From a virus, in the IMG/VR virus record IMGVR_UViG_3300006162_000001: 57,026 nucleotides of DNA. The stretch is one strand, 5' to 3'. The notes under the pieces are model-generated. The model did no database searches, was not told the DNA's origin, and worked only from the letters and a program-made list of their open reading frames with translations. Shown here in pieces: positions 7,313-16,176 of the stretch; position 1 is the first letter of the stretch; the number at the start of each line of letters is the position of its first letter. The translations under genes were made by a program, and so were the position numbers.

Positions 7313-7723
7313 ATAGGCGTTCGCGTCTTTGGAAAACTGGCTGTAAGACTTGACGTGGTTATTGTCATCGAATACTATGCTTTGAAGATCCCTGGCCTGG
7401 GCCCCGGTCTTCGCGGCGCTGAACTGGGCGGCGTTCAGTATGTACTTTTCGTAAATAGACGTGTCTTCGAAATCCTTAAAGGCGTGTTCGATCTTAGTAT
7501 TATCGATTATTTGCTGGAAAAACAGGTCGTTATACCGTTCGTAAAGGGGCGTGAAGATGACTTTGCCTTCCGGATTTTTGTAGATGAATTTCTTTTCTTC
7601 TTCCGTCAGCCCTTTGGGGATCAGTTCCTTTCGTCCGGATCCTTTCCCGGGGTCACCAGCCAGACGATCATGATTATGAACATGATGATCAGTCCCATGG
7701 GGATTTACCAGGATTTTTTTTTT
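7313..7723 (-). CDS. Start-codon-less in-frame upstream extension of the MuF ORF (137 codons down from the A10 tract), probably translated as part of the MuF protein
   Basis: My translation: KKKILVNPHGTDHHVHNHDRLAGDPGKGSGRKELIPKGLTEEEKKFIYKNPEGKVIFTPLYERYNDLFFQQIIDNTKIEHAFKDFEDTSIYEKYILNAAQFSAAKTGAQARDLQSIVFDDNNHVKSYSQFSKDANAY, continuous with VDVQNQTW. No ATG, GTG or TTG. Confidence 0.6.
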
Positions 7724-9258
7724 GCCCTGGCCATGGTCGGGATGGGCCTGGAAGATTGAACGTCCGGATCTGGATCCGGCTTTGGGGTCCCTTTGGGCGG
7801 TGCCGCCGGCGTGGGGGCGTCTTCCAGGAAGTCTTTGGATAATCCATTCGCTTCAAAGAAATCGTCCGTAAATCGCTTCCCATTGGCCACCACGACACTG
7901 GACAGGGCCGCCATTTCTTCAATGGTCAGCTGCTTTGCCCGGTTAATCTCAAAGCGCCACCCGTCAGGTAAACCCTTATACCATTTCCCGATCTTAGGCT
8001 GGAAGTCCGTGTTCATGAAGGAAACGACAAATTCCAGCTTTGACTTGACGACTTGCTGGAACATCCTTTCATGGACTTCACCCAGGGACCGGGATCCGGA
8101 TCCTGACTTCGATCCACTGGATGACAGCGTTCCCCCCAGGATCAGTTCGCGGATTTCATTCTTCTGGTCTTCATTGAATTCCGCATAAATCTTATACATG
8201 TTATTCCCCGCCTTCGTTTCCTGGAAGTCCACATCGATGGCTTTCACGATTTCACCCTTCGGATCTATCGTATAGGGGAAGACCAAAGCCTGGGAAGGGT
8301 CTATATTGGCGGCGATCGTTTCCGCCTGGGTCTTATAAAGATTTTGCTGGTTCCCGGATCCATCCACAGATCCGTCATTCTGGGGATAACCGATCGTCAT
8401 CAGGGGGAAAGCCAGACGGCGGCCGGCGGAAAGCCAGTTGTTATTCGAAAGGTTCATCTGGATAAACGACCTGGTGATGGGTTGCATCCACCCCAGGAAG
8501 CTTTCGTAAGACGTGGACGGCTGGACAAAAAGAAGGTTATCGTGTTCGGAAAAGTCGAAGCCGTCATAAAAGGAATAGGTGGAATTCTTCAGAAACCGGT
8601 TTATTGGATCGATTTCCTGCATGGGGTACTTATAAATCTTTCCTTTAACAGGATCGAAGTTAAGCCCGGAAAAACCCCAGAAGAAGGAAAAAAGGATTTC
8701 CCGGCGAAGCTGGATCTGCCAGGGCTTATTGCACATTTCTTCCGTCATTTCATCTATCCGGTTCCCATTGCGGTCCGTGATATAGAATTCCGTTTCATCG
8801 ATGGCGGTGGCAAGTTTCTGGAAAAGCATCTGCACAAAGGGGGACGATTCGAAAGCCCAGTTCACCATGGTCGCATAAGACATGGTGTATCCCATCTGGA
8901 TGGCCTGGTCACAAGCCTGTCGCCAGGTGGTAAGGTTCCAGTCCACATAATAGTTCGAAGGGAACGTCTGGCTGACGATGTTCAGACCCGTGGACTTCGG
9001 GATGATGAACGGGTTCTGGGAAGGACCGGTTCCGGTCGCTGGGACGATATGTGGCCCCGAAGGAACACCGTATCCGCCGCCATCCTGGCCCTGGCCGCCG
9101 ATATTATTCCCGTATCCGCCGGAAGGCGTGGGGGCCTGGGGGACGCTATTAAATGGGGCGCTGATATTGCCGCCCGTTATCGCCATCTTTTCAGTGGCCA
9201 GCTGTTCGCGCCTTTTCAGCACTTCTGGGTCTTTGTTTCGTCTATCTCTCCGTGACAT
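7705..9258 (-). CDS. Portal protein (Mu gp29-like, DUF935 family)
   Basis: 517 aa. ...GGTLSSSGSKSGSGSRSLGEVHERMF... and the overall layout resemble DUF935 portals. It sits immediately upstream of the MuF gene and has a Gly/Pro-rich low-complexity N-terminal region. Confidence 0.75.
   Translation of the reverse strand: MSRRDRRNKDPEVLKRREQLATEKMAITGGNISAPFNSVPQAPTPSGGYGNNIGGQGQDGGGYGVPSGPHIVPATGTGPSQNPFIIPKSTGLNIVSQTFPSNYYVDWNLTTWRQACDQAIQMGYTMSYATMVNWAFESSPFVQMLFQKLATAIDETEFYITDRNGNRIDEMTEEMCNKPWQIQLRREILFSFFWGFSGLNFDPVKGKIYKYPMQEIDPINRFLKNSTYSFYDGFDFSEHDNLLFVQPSTSYESFLGWMQPITRSFIQMNLSNNNWLSAGRRLAFPLMTIGYPQNDGSVDGSGNQQNLYKTQAETIAANIDPSQALVFPYTIDPKGEIVKAIDVDFQETKAGNNMYKIYAEFNEDQKNEIRELILGGTLSSSGSKSGSGSRSLGEVHERMFQQVVKSKLEFVVSFMNTDFQPKIGKWYKGLPDGWRFEINRAKQLTIEEMAALSSVVVANGKRFTDDFFEANGLSKDFLEDAPTPAAPPKGTPKPDPDPDVQSSRPIPTMARAKKKSW
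7714..7723 (-). promoter_or_regulatory. A10 homopolymer (T10 on plus strand): candidate -1 frameshift or transcriptional-slippage site linking the portal and MuF frames
   Basis: Portal frame reads GCA AAA AAA AAA TCC TGG TAA. The MuF frame reads GGC AAA AAA AAA ATC CTG and is -1 relative to the portal frame. Confidence 0.5.
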
Positions 9259-9303
9259 GTATTACCATTTTTCAGGTTGTGATCCCGTCTTTCAGGGAAT
9301 TAT

Positions 9304-9786
9304 TTAGCCAAGTGTCGAAAAGGACGAAGCCACCAGTTCACTGACGGCCTGGGTGGTTATCGTTATCGGGTTCCCGTTATCATCCACCCCGGCCACTGTC
9401 GCCGGGATCTGAAGCGGGATATTCAGCTGTCCGTTGCGGATATCCATCAGGTCCTTTTTTGCCCCTTTGAAGATATCCATCATGAATTCCGAAACATTCT
9501 GCATGTTCCCCAGGACATTCCTGATCGTTAAGACGGCGGTCAGCTTCACACATAAAAGGGCCCTGGAAGGATCATCATTCTGCTTTGCAAGTTCCGCGGC
9601 GATGTTATACCGGTTTACCAGGGCGCTGGTTACTTCAGCATAGGCGAACCGGGCACCACTCACCAGGCTGTTATTATCTATTTCGTATTGTTTAATTAAT
9701 AATTGGGATGGGCACCACTGAAGAAGGTCAGCCCCGGAAAGGTATCCCAGGTCCTGGGCTTTTAATTGATCGACTGTAAGCGCCAT
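9304..9786 (-). CDS. Hypothetical protein (possibly DUF1320 / Mu gp36-like head-tail connector)
   Basis: 160 aa. The pattern LSGADLLQW...ARFAYAEVTSALVNRYNI weakly resembles DUF1320. Confidence 0.3.
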   Translation of the reverse strand: MALTVDQLKAQDLGYLSGADLLQWCPSQLLIKQYEIDNNSLVSGARFAYAEVTSALVNRYNIAAELAKQNDDPSRALLCVKLTAVLTIRNVLGNMQNVSEFMMDIFKGAKKDLMDIRNGQLNIPLQIPATVAGVDDNGNPITITTQAVSELVASSFSTLG

Positions 9787-9796
9787 AACTTAAGTT

Positions 9797-10570
9797 TTAA
9801 CGGCCTACCTTCTTCACCAGGGTGACGTGAAGGTCAGCGATGATGTTCCATTCGTGCTGCATGGGATACACTTTGGCTTCCGGGCTTTTATTCTCAAAAG
9901 TGGGATCATGCCAGGCATATCCGATAAAAAAGTCAAAATCACATTTCATATTGTAGAATCCATGGGTCAGCTTGTTATCCACCCGCCACTTCTTCCAGAA
10001 ATAGAAATAAGAATCTTCGATGATGGGCGGGAACTTATGTGTCGGATCCTGGAAGAACCGGGTGGACTTACCATAAGGATGGATAAGCCGCATTTTCGCT
10101 TCGGGCTTCATAATCCGGTAACATTCGTCCATGAACTTGATACGCTGTAATCCGTCCAGGTGTTCGAAGAAATGGCTGGCGAAGACCACATCGATGGAAT
10201 CATCGGCGAAAGGATAGGGGAACTGGGTCAGGTCGTGCACCACATCCACGCTGGGCGTCTTCACGAAATCCACGCCTATCACTTTGGTCACGCCAGTGAC
10301 TTGCATGTTCGGCTCAAAGAAATCCAGACCGATCTTATTGTCACCACATCCCAGATCCAGGGCCACCAGGTCGTGGGGGATGACAGCTGTCGCCGCCGGG
10401 GGAACGGGTAAGCCGTCCAGTTCGGCCAGCATAGCCTGAAGCCGCTGGCGTTCCCTTTCTTTTGCAGAAAGGCCGCCTTCGATGACAGGGGCTATCGCCG
10501 GGGTGTTCATGGGAACTACTTTCGACTTAGCGATGACTTTTTTTTGATTTTTCACTTTTTTCTTTATCAT
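9797..10570 (-). CDS. Class I SAM-dependent methyltransferase
   Basis: Motif I VALDLGCGDNK, then VIGVDF, DVVFASHFFEHL and YRIMKPEAKM. No DPPY/NPPY DNA-MTase motif seen. Basic Lys-rich N-terminal extension. Confidence 0.8.
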   Translation of the reverse strand: MIKKKVKNQKKVIAKSKVVPMNTPAIAPVIEGGLSAKERERQRLQAMLAELDGLPVPPAATAVIPHDLVALDLGCGDNKIGLDFFEPNMQVTGVTKVIGVDFVKTPSVDVVHDLTQFPYPFADDSIDVVFASHFFEHLDGLQRIKFMDECYRIMKPEAKMRLIHPYGKSTRFFQDPTHKFPPIIEDSYFYFWKKWRVDNKLTHGFYNMKCDFDFFIGYAWHDPTFENKSPEAKVYPMQHEWNIIADLHVTLVKKVGR

Positions 10571-10582
10571 GATGTTTGTTTT

Positions 10583-11290
10583 TTACCAGATTCTTCCCGT
10601 GGCCAGATCCATGTGACCGGTCAGGGTCTTTGTCGTGCACCCAAATTTATATCCTAATTTCCCAGCATTCTCAAAAAATTTAAGATCCTGGGTGTAAGCT
10701 TCCGCACCGATCCCCGGGGTGTACTTCTGGACCGTCTGGAAGAAGGGTCTTTTCAGGTTCGGATTCTTAAACATTCCGATCCTGAAGACGTTCGCACCCA
10801 TCCCCAGACCATTGCATTCTGTCACGGCGTTCGGAACCGGCGTAAAGGGGATGAAATTCAGCGGGAAATGTTTGGGGTTGCCATAACACATCGGCTTACC
10901 CAGTTCACCCTTAGTATGGTATAATGACCCGATCACGTCATAATCGTTCATATCGGGGTATATCTTCAGAAGCCAGTCCGGCTGGACAATATTGTCGTGT
11001 TCCAGGGTGGCCATAAACTTCCACTTCGAAAGTTCGGGATGGGCCAATATCTGATCCACAGCCCAGCTGTAAGCGGCACCCACTTCCATATCCGTGACAA
11101 AGATCCGGGTGAACTTCTGGTTCATAGGGGCCATGATGTTCATCCAGTTCTGGACCACCAGGGGATGGACGCCAGTGGAATAACAGGGCATGACCAGGAT
11201 GGTGGATAAGTCTTGCCAGGATTCGTCATGGGCCACGCCATCAGGATTCTGGTACTGATAATCTTCGATGATTAATTGTGGTTTCTTCAT
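10583..11290 (-). CDS. Putative GT-A fold glycosyltransferase-like protein
   Basis: 235 aa. ATLEHDN (DxD-like position) and TQDLKFFENAGKLGY resemble GT2-type motifs. This is an eye-level similarity only. Confidence 0.4.
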   Translation of the reverse strand: MKKPQLIIEDYQYQNPDGVAHDESWQDLSTILVMPCYSTGVHPLVVQNWMNIMAPMNQKFTRIFVTDMEVGAAYSWAVDQILAHPELSKWKFMATLEHDNIVQPDWLLKIYPDMNDYDVIGSLYHTKGELGKPMCYGNPKHFPLNFIPFTPVPNAVTECNGLGMGANVFRIGMFKNPNLKRPFFQTVQKYTPGIGAEAYTQDLKFFENAGKLGYKFGCTTKTLTGHMDLATGRIW

Positions 11291-11296
11291 GTTTGT

Positions 11297-11983
11297 TTAT
11301 TTATAAGTTGCAATTATAGCATTCCATACGCCCACGGTGGACAGTACGTTCTGAAATTTCCAGGTGGTCGTAAAAGTCCCGGTGCTGCTGGCCTTGTACA
11401 AAGCTACGCCAATCCCCTGACTGAATGGTGGCCCGGATCCACTGGGCGTCACAGCACCCTGGGCGGTCAGCTGGACGAAACTATTGGACCAGCTGATCGT
11501 GGGCCTGAAGTCTGAAAAAGGCGTGGATAGATTCATCGTTCCCACGGCGATAATAATTTCGTTCGCGGCGGTGGTGGTCGGCGTGGTGCCGAAGTTCATG
11601 ACATTGCCATTCACGGAAGAATTCGTGGTAAGATTGACATTTTTATCCGCCGTGGTGTATCCGGAAAATTCGATGGCGATTAAATTCCATGGCGTATTCC
11701 CGCTGGTCGTATTTATGGTGATGGACGTTTCTGTCCCGTTCGATATTTTACTGTAAATAGACGTTTCAAGGTCCTGGACCAGCGTGGCGTCCCTGGACCA
11801 GCCGGTGGGTATCGTTAAGGTTTGTCCGGCGTTAGCGATCAGGATTAATAAGTTCCCGCTTTGGGGTGCATTGGCAAAGGTCACGGTCTGGGAAGAAGCA
11901 TCAGCCGTAGAATTTTTAATTGCGTACTGGACGAATAAACTGGGTCCAATAGACGGCCATAATATGGGTGCTGTTCCCGGCAT
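11297..11983 (-). CDS. Hypothetical protein (beta-rich, N/S/T-rich) downstream of the giant repeat protein
   Basis: 228-aa ORF with ATG start, 5 nt after the upstream stop. Confidence 0.6.
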   Translation of the reverse strand: MPGTAPILWPSIGPSLFVQYAIKNSTADASSQTVTFANAPQSGNLLILIANAGQTLTIPTGWSRDATLVQDLETSIYSKISNGTETSITINTTSGNTPWNLIAIEFSGYTTADKNVNLTTNSSVNGNVMNFGTTPTTTAANEIIIAVGTMNLSTPFSDFRPTISWSNSFVQLTAQGAVTPSGSGPPFSQGIGVALYKASSTGTFTTTWKFQNVLSTVGVWNAIIATYK

Positions 11984-11987
11984 TTAA

Positions 11988-14900
11988 TTAAAAGGTATTA
12001 CTATAAAATTGGACATGCAAATTAGCCCTTTGTGCATTGGAAGCGGAAGTCATATTGATATTTCCATTACTCATGGACGCCGGTCCCGCTGACGTGGCGG
12101 CGGTATAGATACCCTGGAATAAATAAGCCCCACCCATGTTCACGCTGGTCGCACTTCCGATCGGTGCAAAGAAACCACCGGAAGCGGCTGAATTGATCGC
12201 ATTGTTACCGAAAACGGTATAGGCCGCCCCGGTATAGGTGGAAGCGCTGGAAATCACCACGCCGATATAATAGACGCCGGGCGTGATATTCACGTTCATC
12301 GGAAGTGTCAGGGCTCTCATTCCCTGGATGACGGTATTGTTCGAAGTGGATCCGGTATGTTGTACCGTGAAGGCATTAAGTGCTGATCCTGAAGATGCCA
12401 GGGACAGTGTGGATCCGTTCAGGGTATATACGCCCATCCACAAAGAAAGATTGATCGATCCCGTAGTGGCTGACGTGTTCGTCTGGGCGGACAGGGATCC
12501 GGCGATCAGGGCCGCTGTGGCGGTGACATTATAGGGGATATAGACTTGCTGAATGCTTAAAGATCCCTGGCCTATCGTATTAAGGGACACGAAGGCGTCT
12601 TCCATGCCATCCCACCGGCTTAAAGTCGCCGGGGCGGGGAAGCCCATGGAAAGGGTGGATCCGTTCTGGACCACAGAAAGTCCCCCAGTGGCGCTTATGC
12701 TGGAAGTATTGGGCGCTGAAATCTGGATGGATCCGTTAGAATAGCCACCCGTCATCGCCCCCAGGAAGTTATAAGACAGCGTTCTGGCGTCAAAAGTGGA
12801 TGAACTGTTCTGGGTGGTGTTCCCCAGGGCGTACATTCCCACGGTCTGGTTAGACTGGGCCGGGATGGATCCTGTTATCGTGGACCCGTTAAGTCCGAAA
12901 CTGACGTTGTTACTGTTCGAAAAGACGACCGTCTGAAGGTTATTCGAAGTCGTACCGGCGGAAACATTTATGGCACCACCACCACCAGGGGCGGCGACAC
13001 TCAAAGACATGCCATTACTGTAAACCGTCCCGGATATGTTTGTCCCGCCGATTGTGGCGCTGGAATTACCCATGATCCACAGCTGGGACTGGCTTCCGGA
13101 CTGCATGGCGGTCGTCAAAGCATTGGGGGCGGAAAACTGGATAGACCCGTTAGAATAACCGATTGTCAGGGATCCGATCGCATTCAGCGAAAGGACACTG
13201 TTCGCCAGGTTAGTCGAACTGTTCTGGGTGGTATTGCCCAGGGCGTAAAGACTTACACTTTGGTTTACGGATCCGGAAATCGTCTGGCCATTGATCGTAA
13301 AGGACACGCCGTTCGCATTCGTAAACCTGGCCGTACCAGTGGATATACTATTCGCCCCATCGTAAAGGACCACGCCGCCGCCACCACCAGTCTGGGATAT
13401 CTGGATGGATCCATTACTGAATCCGACCGTGATATTCCCCACCCCATTGAATGACAGATTCGAAGCATTTAAGACGGTACTGGAATTCTGGGTGGTATTG
13501 CCCAGGGCGTAAAGCGATATGTTCTGATTGGACTGGGCCGCCACAGAAGCCGAAACGGTCTGTCCGTTTATGCTGAATGACACCCCATTAGCATTCGTGA
13601 AGCGAATGGTCCCGGTTGAAATGCTGTTCGCCCCATCATAAACGGCCTGGATATTACTTTGGGTCTGGGCCGATTGTGCCGGGTAAGAGACAGTTGCCGT
13701 CACTGTTCCCCCGTTCAGGCCGAAGGATATACTGTTCGAATTACTGAAGACGAAAGCGGACAGGTTGCTGGAAGTTGTCCCCGCTGAAAGATTGATATTA
13801 CTCAAAGTCACAGCATTGGACAGCATGGCTGTCGTCAGGGCGTTCGGGGCGCTGAACTGGATCGATCCATTGGAATAGCCTATCGTCAGGGATCCGATGG
13901 CATTTAACGATACAGCGGCGGCACCGATCACAGATGAACTGTTTTGGGTCGTATTACCCAAAGCATAGAACGAAATATTTTGATTGGACTGGGTGGGGAC
14001 AGTGTAGGATCCCGTGAGCACGGAATTCCCGGAAAGTCCGAAAGCCAGTCCATTGGAATTGGCGAAGGTGAAGGCGGAAGCATTCAGCGAAGTGGTGCCA
14101 GCTGACAGGTTAATATTGGAAATCGTCACGGCGTTCGACTGCATGGCCGTAGTCAGATAATTGGTCTGGACGGTCGCTGTCACGGTGGATCCGTTAAGAC
14201 CGAAGCTGACGCCGTTAGAATTACTGAAGACGACCTGGCCCAGCGCCATCGTAGTCGTGCCGGCCGATAAGCTTCCCGCCGCCGCCCCACCTACTGAAGC
14301 GGTGACGGTGGAACCATTCAGGCCAAAAGACACCCCATTGGAATTCGAAAAGACAAAAGCGCTCAAATTATTCGAAGTGGTCCCGGCGGACAGATTTACA
14401 GCTGTCAGGGATGTGGCGATCGATCCGGTGACAGTTGACCCGTTAAGACCGAAGGACACGTTATTCGAATTACTGAAGACAATATTCGAAAGGTTCTGGC
14501 TGGTGGTACCAGCGGAAAAATTGATATTAGTCAGACTGGTGGCGATGGAAGCCGATATCGTATTCCCGTTTATGCTGAAGGATACGTTATTGGCGTTCGT
14601 AAAGCGGATCGTCCCGGTGGATATGCTATTGGCCCCGTCATAGATCGCCTGGATATTGCTTTGGGTTTGTGCTGACTGGACAGGGACAGAAACCTGGATG
14701 GATCCATTTGAGAATCCCAGGGTCGCCGCCCCCAGTCCGTTATAAGACAGGTTGCTGGCGTTCAATACGGTGCTGCTATTTTGCGTAGTGTTCCCCAGGG
14801 CGTAAAGACTGATATTCTGGTTAGACTGGGAAAAGCTGGCTGTGACAGTGGAAATATTCAGCCCGAAACTGATACTATTGGAATTACTGAATACCACCTG

Positions 14901-16175
14901 GCCCAAAGCCATGCTGGTGGTCCCAGCTGACAGGCTACCAGCGGCGGCACCACCCACGGAAGCCGTGACAGTAGATCCGTTCAATCCGAAAGAAACGCCA
15001 TTCGAATTACTGAAGATGATGTTCGAAAGATTCTGGCTGGTAGTTCCGGCGCTGAAGTTTATGTTCGTCAGTGACGTGGCTATGCTGGCGGTGATCGTAG
15101 ATCCGTTTAATCCAAAGCTTACGCCATTGGAATTCGAATAAACCCATTTAGAAAGATTCTGGGAAGTTGTTCCCGCTGACAGGTTAATATTCGAAAGGGT
15201 GACAGCATTGGAAGCCATCGCTGTCGTCAGGTAGTTCCCGGCACTTTGAAGGGCTGTGGTGATATTTGACGCCAGCCCCCAGGTGATCGTGGATCCATTG
15301 GATGATGATGACAGGCTGGATCCGGTGGCGAAACTCATAGCCCCGGTACTTCCATTTATGCTATTGACGACCTGGTTACTTTGCGCCGCTGTGGTCAGGT
15401 AATTCGTCTGGACAGAAGCCGTCATCGTCTGGCCGTTCATCCCGAAGGACACGCCATTGGAATTGGACCAGACTACTGTCCCGGAAGTGGCCTGGGCGGC
15501 ACCAGCGCTGATCCCGCTGATCCCCGTCTGGGCGGCACCGGCATTGACGGAAGCATAAATACTTCCATTGGAATTACTGAAGGAAACGCCGTTCGTATTG
15601 ACAAAATTCAACGTCTGGAAGGCGGATGATCCACCCTGGGCGCTGAATGCCTGGTTACTTTGTGAACTAAGGAACGCCGGGAAGTTCAGGGACAGTCCGC
15701 TGGAATTGGCGGTGACGGATACGCCGTTCGCCGTCAGGGCGGTATTGGTCCCCATGAAATTACTTCCGGCATTGGAAGCCATGGCGGTCGTTAGATAGTT
15801 AGTCTGCACGGAAGCGGTCATCGTGGATCCATTCATCCCGAAGCTGACCCCATTGGAATTACTGAAGACGATCGCCGATAAATTCTGGCTGGTCGTCCCA
15901 CCGGAAACATTGATATTGGAAAGGGTGACAGCATTGGAAAGCATCGCTGTCGTTAGATAGTTCCCCTGGCTTTGGTAGTTTGTGAAGACGCTGGCGGTGA
16001 CGGTGGATCCGACATTCCCGAAGGTCACGCCGTTCGCATTGGAAAAATACCAGTTAGATCCGGCCGGACCTTGCTGTCCAATACCATTGGACACATAAAT
16101 GTTATACGCCATCGCCGGGATCAGGATATCCGTGGTCAGGTTATTATAGACTATTTCGATATTGACTTCCCCCAT
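11988..16175 (-). CDS. Giant tandem-repeat fibre-like protein (1395 aa), N/S/T/G-rich and nearly uncharged, with a non-repetitive C-terminal domain
   Basis: Dozens of about 25-30-aa units of the form AGTTSQNLSxxVFSNSNGVSFGLNGSTVTAS. A distinct C-terminal domain of about 230 aa starts near ...LSRWDGMEDAF. Confidence 0.8.
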   Translation of the reverse strand: MGEVNIEIVYNNLTTDILIPAMAYNIYVSNGIGQQGPAGSNWYFSNANGVTFGNVGSTVTASVFTNYQSQGNYLTTAMLSNAVTLSNINVSGGTTSQNLSAIVFSNSNGVSFGMNGSTMTASVQTNYLTTAMASNAGSNFMGTNTALTANGVSVTANSSGLSLNFPAFLSSQSNQAFSAQGGSSAFQTLNFVNTNGVSFSNSNGSIYASVNAGAAQTGISGISAGAAQATSGTVVWSNSNGVSFGMNGQTMTASVQTNYLTTAAQSNQVVNSINGSTGAMSFATGSSLSSSSNGSTITWGLASNITTALQSAGNYLTTAMASNAVTLSNINLSAGTTSQNLSKWVYSNSNGVSFGLNGSTITASIATSLTNINFSAGTTSQNLSNIIFSNSNGVSFGLNGSTVTASVGGAAAGSLSAGTTSMALGQVVFSNSNSISFGLNISTVTASFSQSNQNISLYALGNTTQNSSTVLNASNLSYNGLGAATLGFSNGSIQVSVPVQSAQTQSNIQAIYDGANSISTGTIRFTNANNVSFSINGNTISASIATSLTNINFSAGTTSQNLSNIVFSNSNNVSFGLNGSTVTGSIATSLTAVNLSAGTTSNNLSAFVFSNSNGVSFGLNGSTVTASVGGAAAGSLSAGTTTMALGQVVFSNSNGVSFGLNGSTVTATVQTNYLTTAMQSNAVTISNINLSAGTTSLNASAFTFANSNGLAFGLSGNSVLTGSYTVPTQSNQNISFYALGNTTQNSSSVIGAAAVSLNAIGSLTIGYSNGSIQFSAPNALTTAMLSNAVTLSNINLSAGTTSSNLSAFVFSNSNSISFGLNGGTVTATVSYPAQSAQTQSNIQAVYDGANSISTGTIRFTNANGVSFSINGQTVSASVAAQSNQNISLYALGNTTQNSSTVLNASNLSFNGVGNITVGFSNGSIQISQTGGGGGVVLYDGANSISTGTARFTNANGVSFTINGQTISGSVNQSVSLYALGNTTQNSSTNLANSVLSLNAIGSLTIGYSNGSIQFSAPNALTTAMQSGSQSQLWIMGNSSATIGGTNISGTVYSNGMSLSVAAPGGGGAINVSAGTTSNNLQTVVFSNSNNVSFGLNGSTITGSIPAQSNQTVGMYALGNTTQNSSSTFDARTLSYNFLGAMTGGYSNGSIQISAPNTSSISATGGLSVVQNGSTLSMGFPAPATLSRWDGMEDAFVSLNTIGQGSLSIQQVYIPYNVTATAALIAGSLSAQTNTSATTGSINLSLWMGVYTLNGSTLSLASSGSALNAFTVQHTGSTSNNTVIQGMRALTLPMNVNITPGVYYIGVVISSASTYTGAAYTVFGNNAINSAASGGFFAPIGSATSVNMGGAYLFQGIYTAATSAGPASMSNGNINMTSASNAQRANLHVQFYSNTF
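12700..16060 (-). repeat. Intragenic tandem and higher-order coding repeats of the 1395-aa protein (approximate bounds)
   Basis: Long segments recur nearly verbatim, e.g. SIATSLTNINFSAGTTSQNLSNI, VGGAAAGSLSAGTT.MALGQVVFSNSN, QSNQNISLYALGNTTQNSSTVLNASNLS, SAQTQSNIQA.YDGANSISTGTIRFTNAN and LNAIGSLTIGYSNGSIQFSAPNALTTAM, each at least twice. Confidence 0.8.
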
Positions 16176-16176
16176 C

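Noticed and set aside
6436-7922. Alternative-frame minus-strand ORFs 6436..6669, 7180..7368 and 7689..7922
   Set aside because: They sit inside the MuF and portal coding regions in other frames, are Pro/Arg/Trp-rich, and have no independent support. Only the MuF-frame extension (7313-7852) shows family-like sequence.
12700-16060. The tandem repeats could be read as a CRISPR array or a non-coding satellite
   Set aside because: The repeats are imperfect, in frame within one long ORF, have no unique spacers of constant length, and there are no cas genes.
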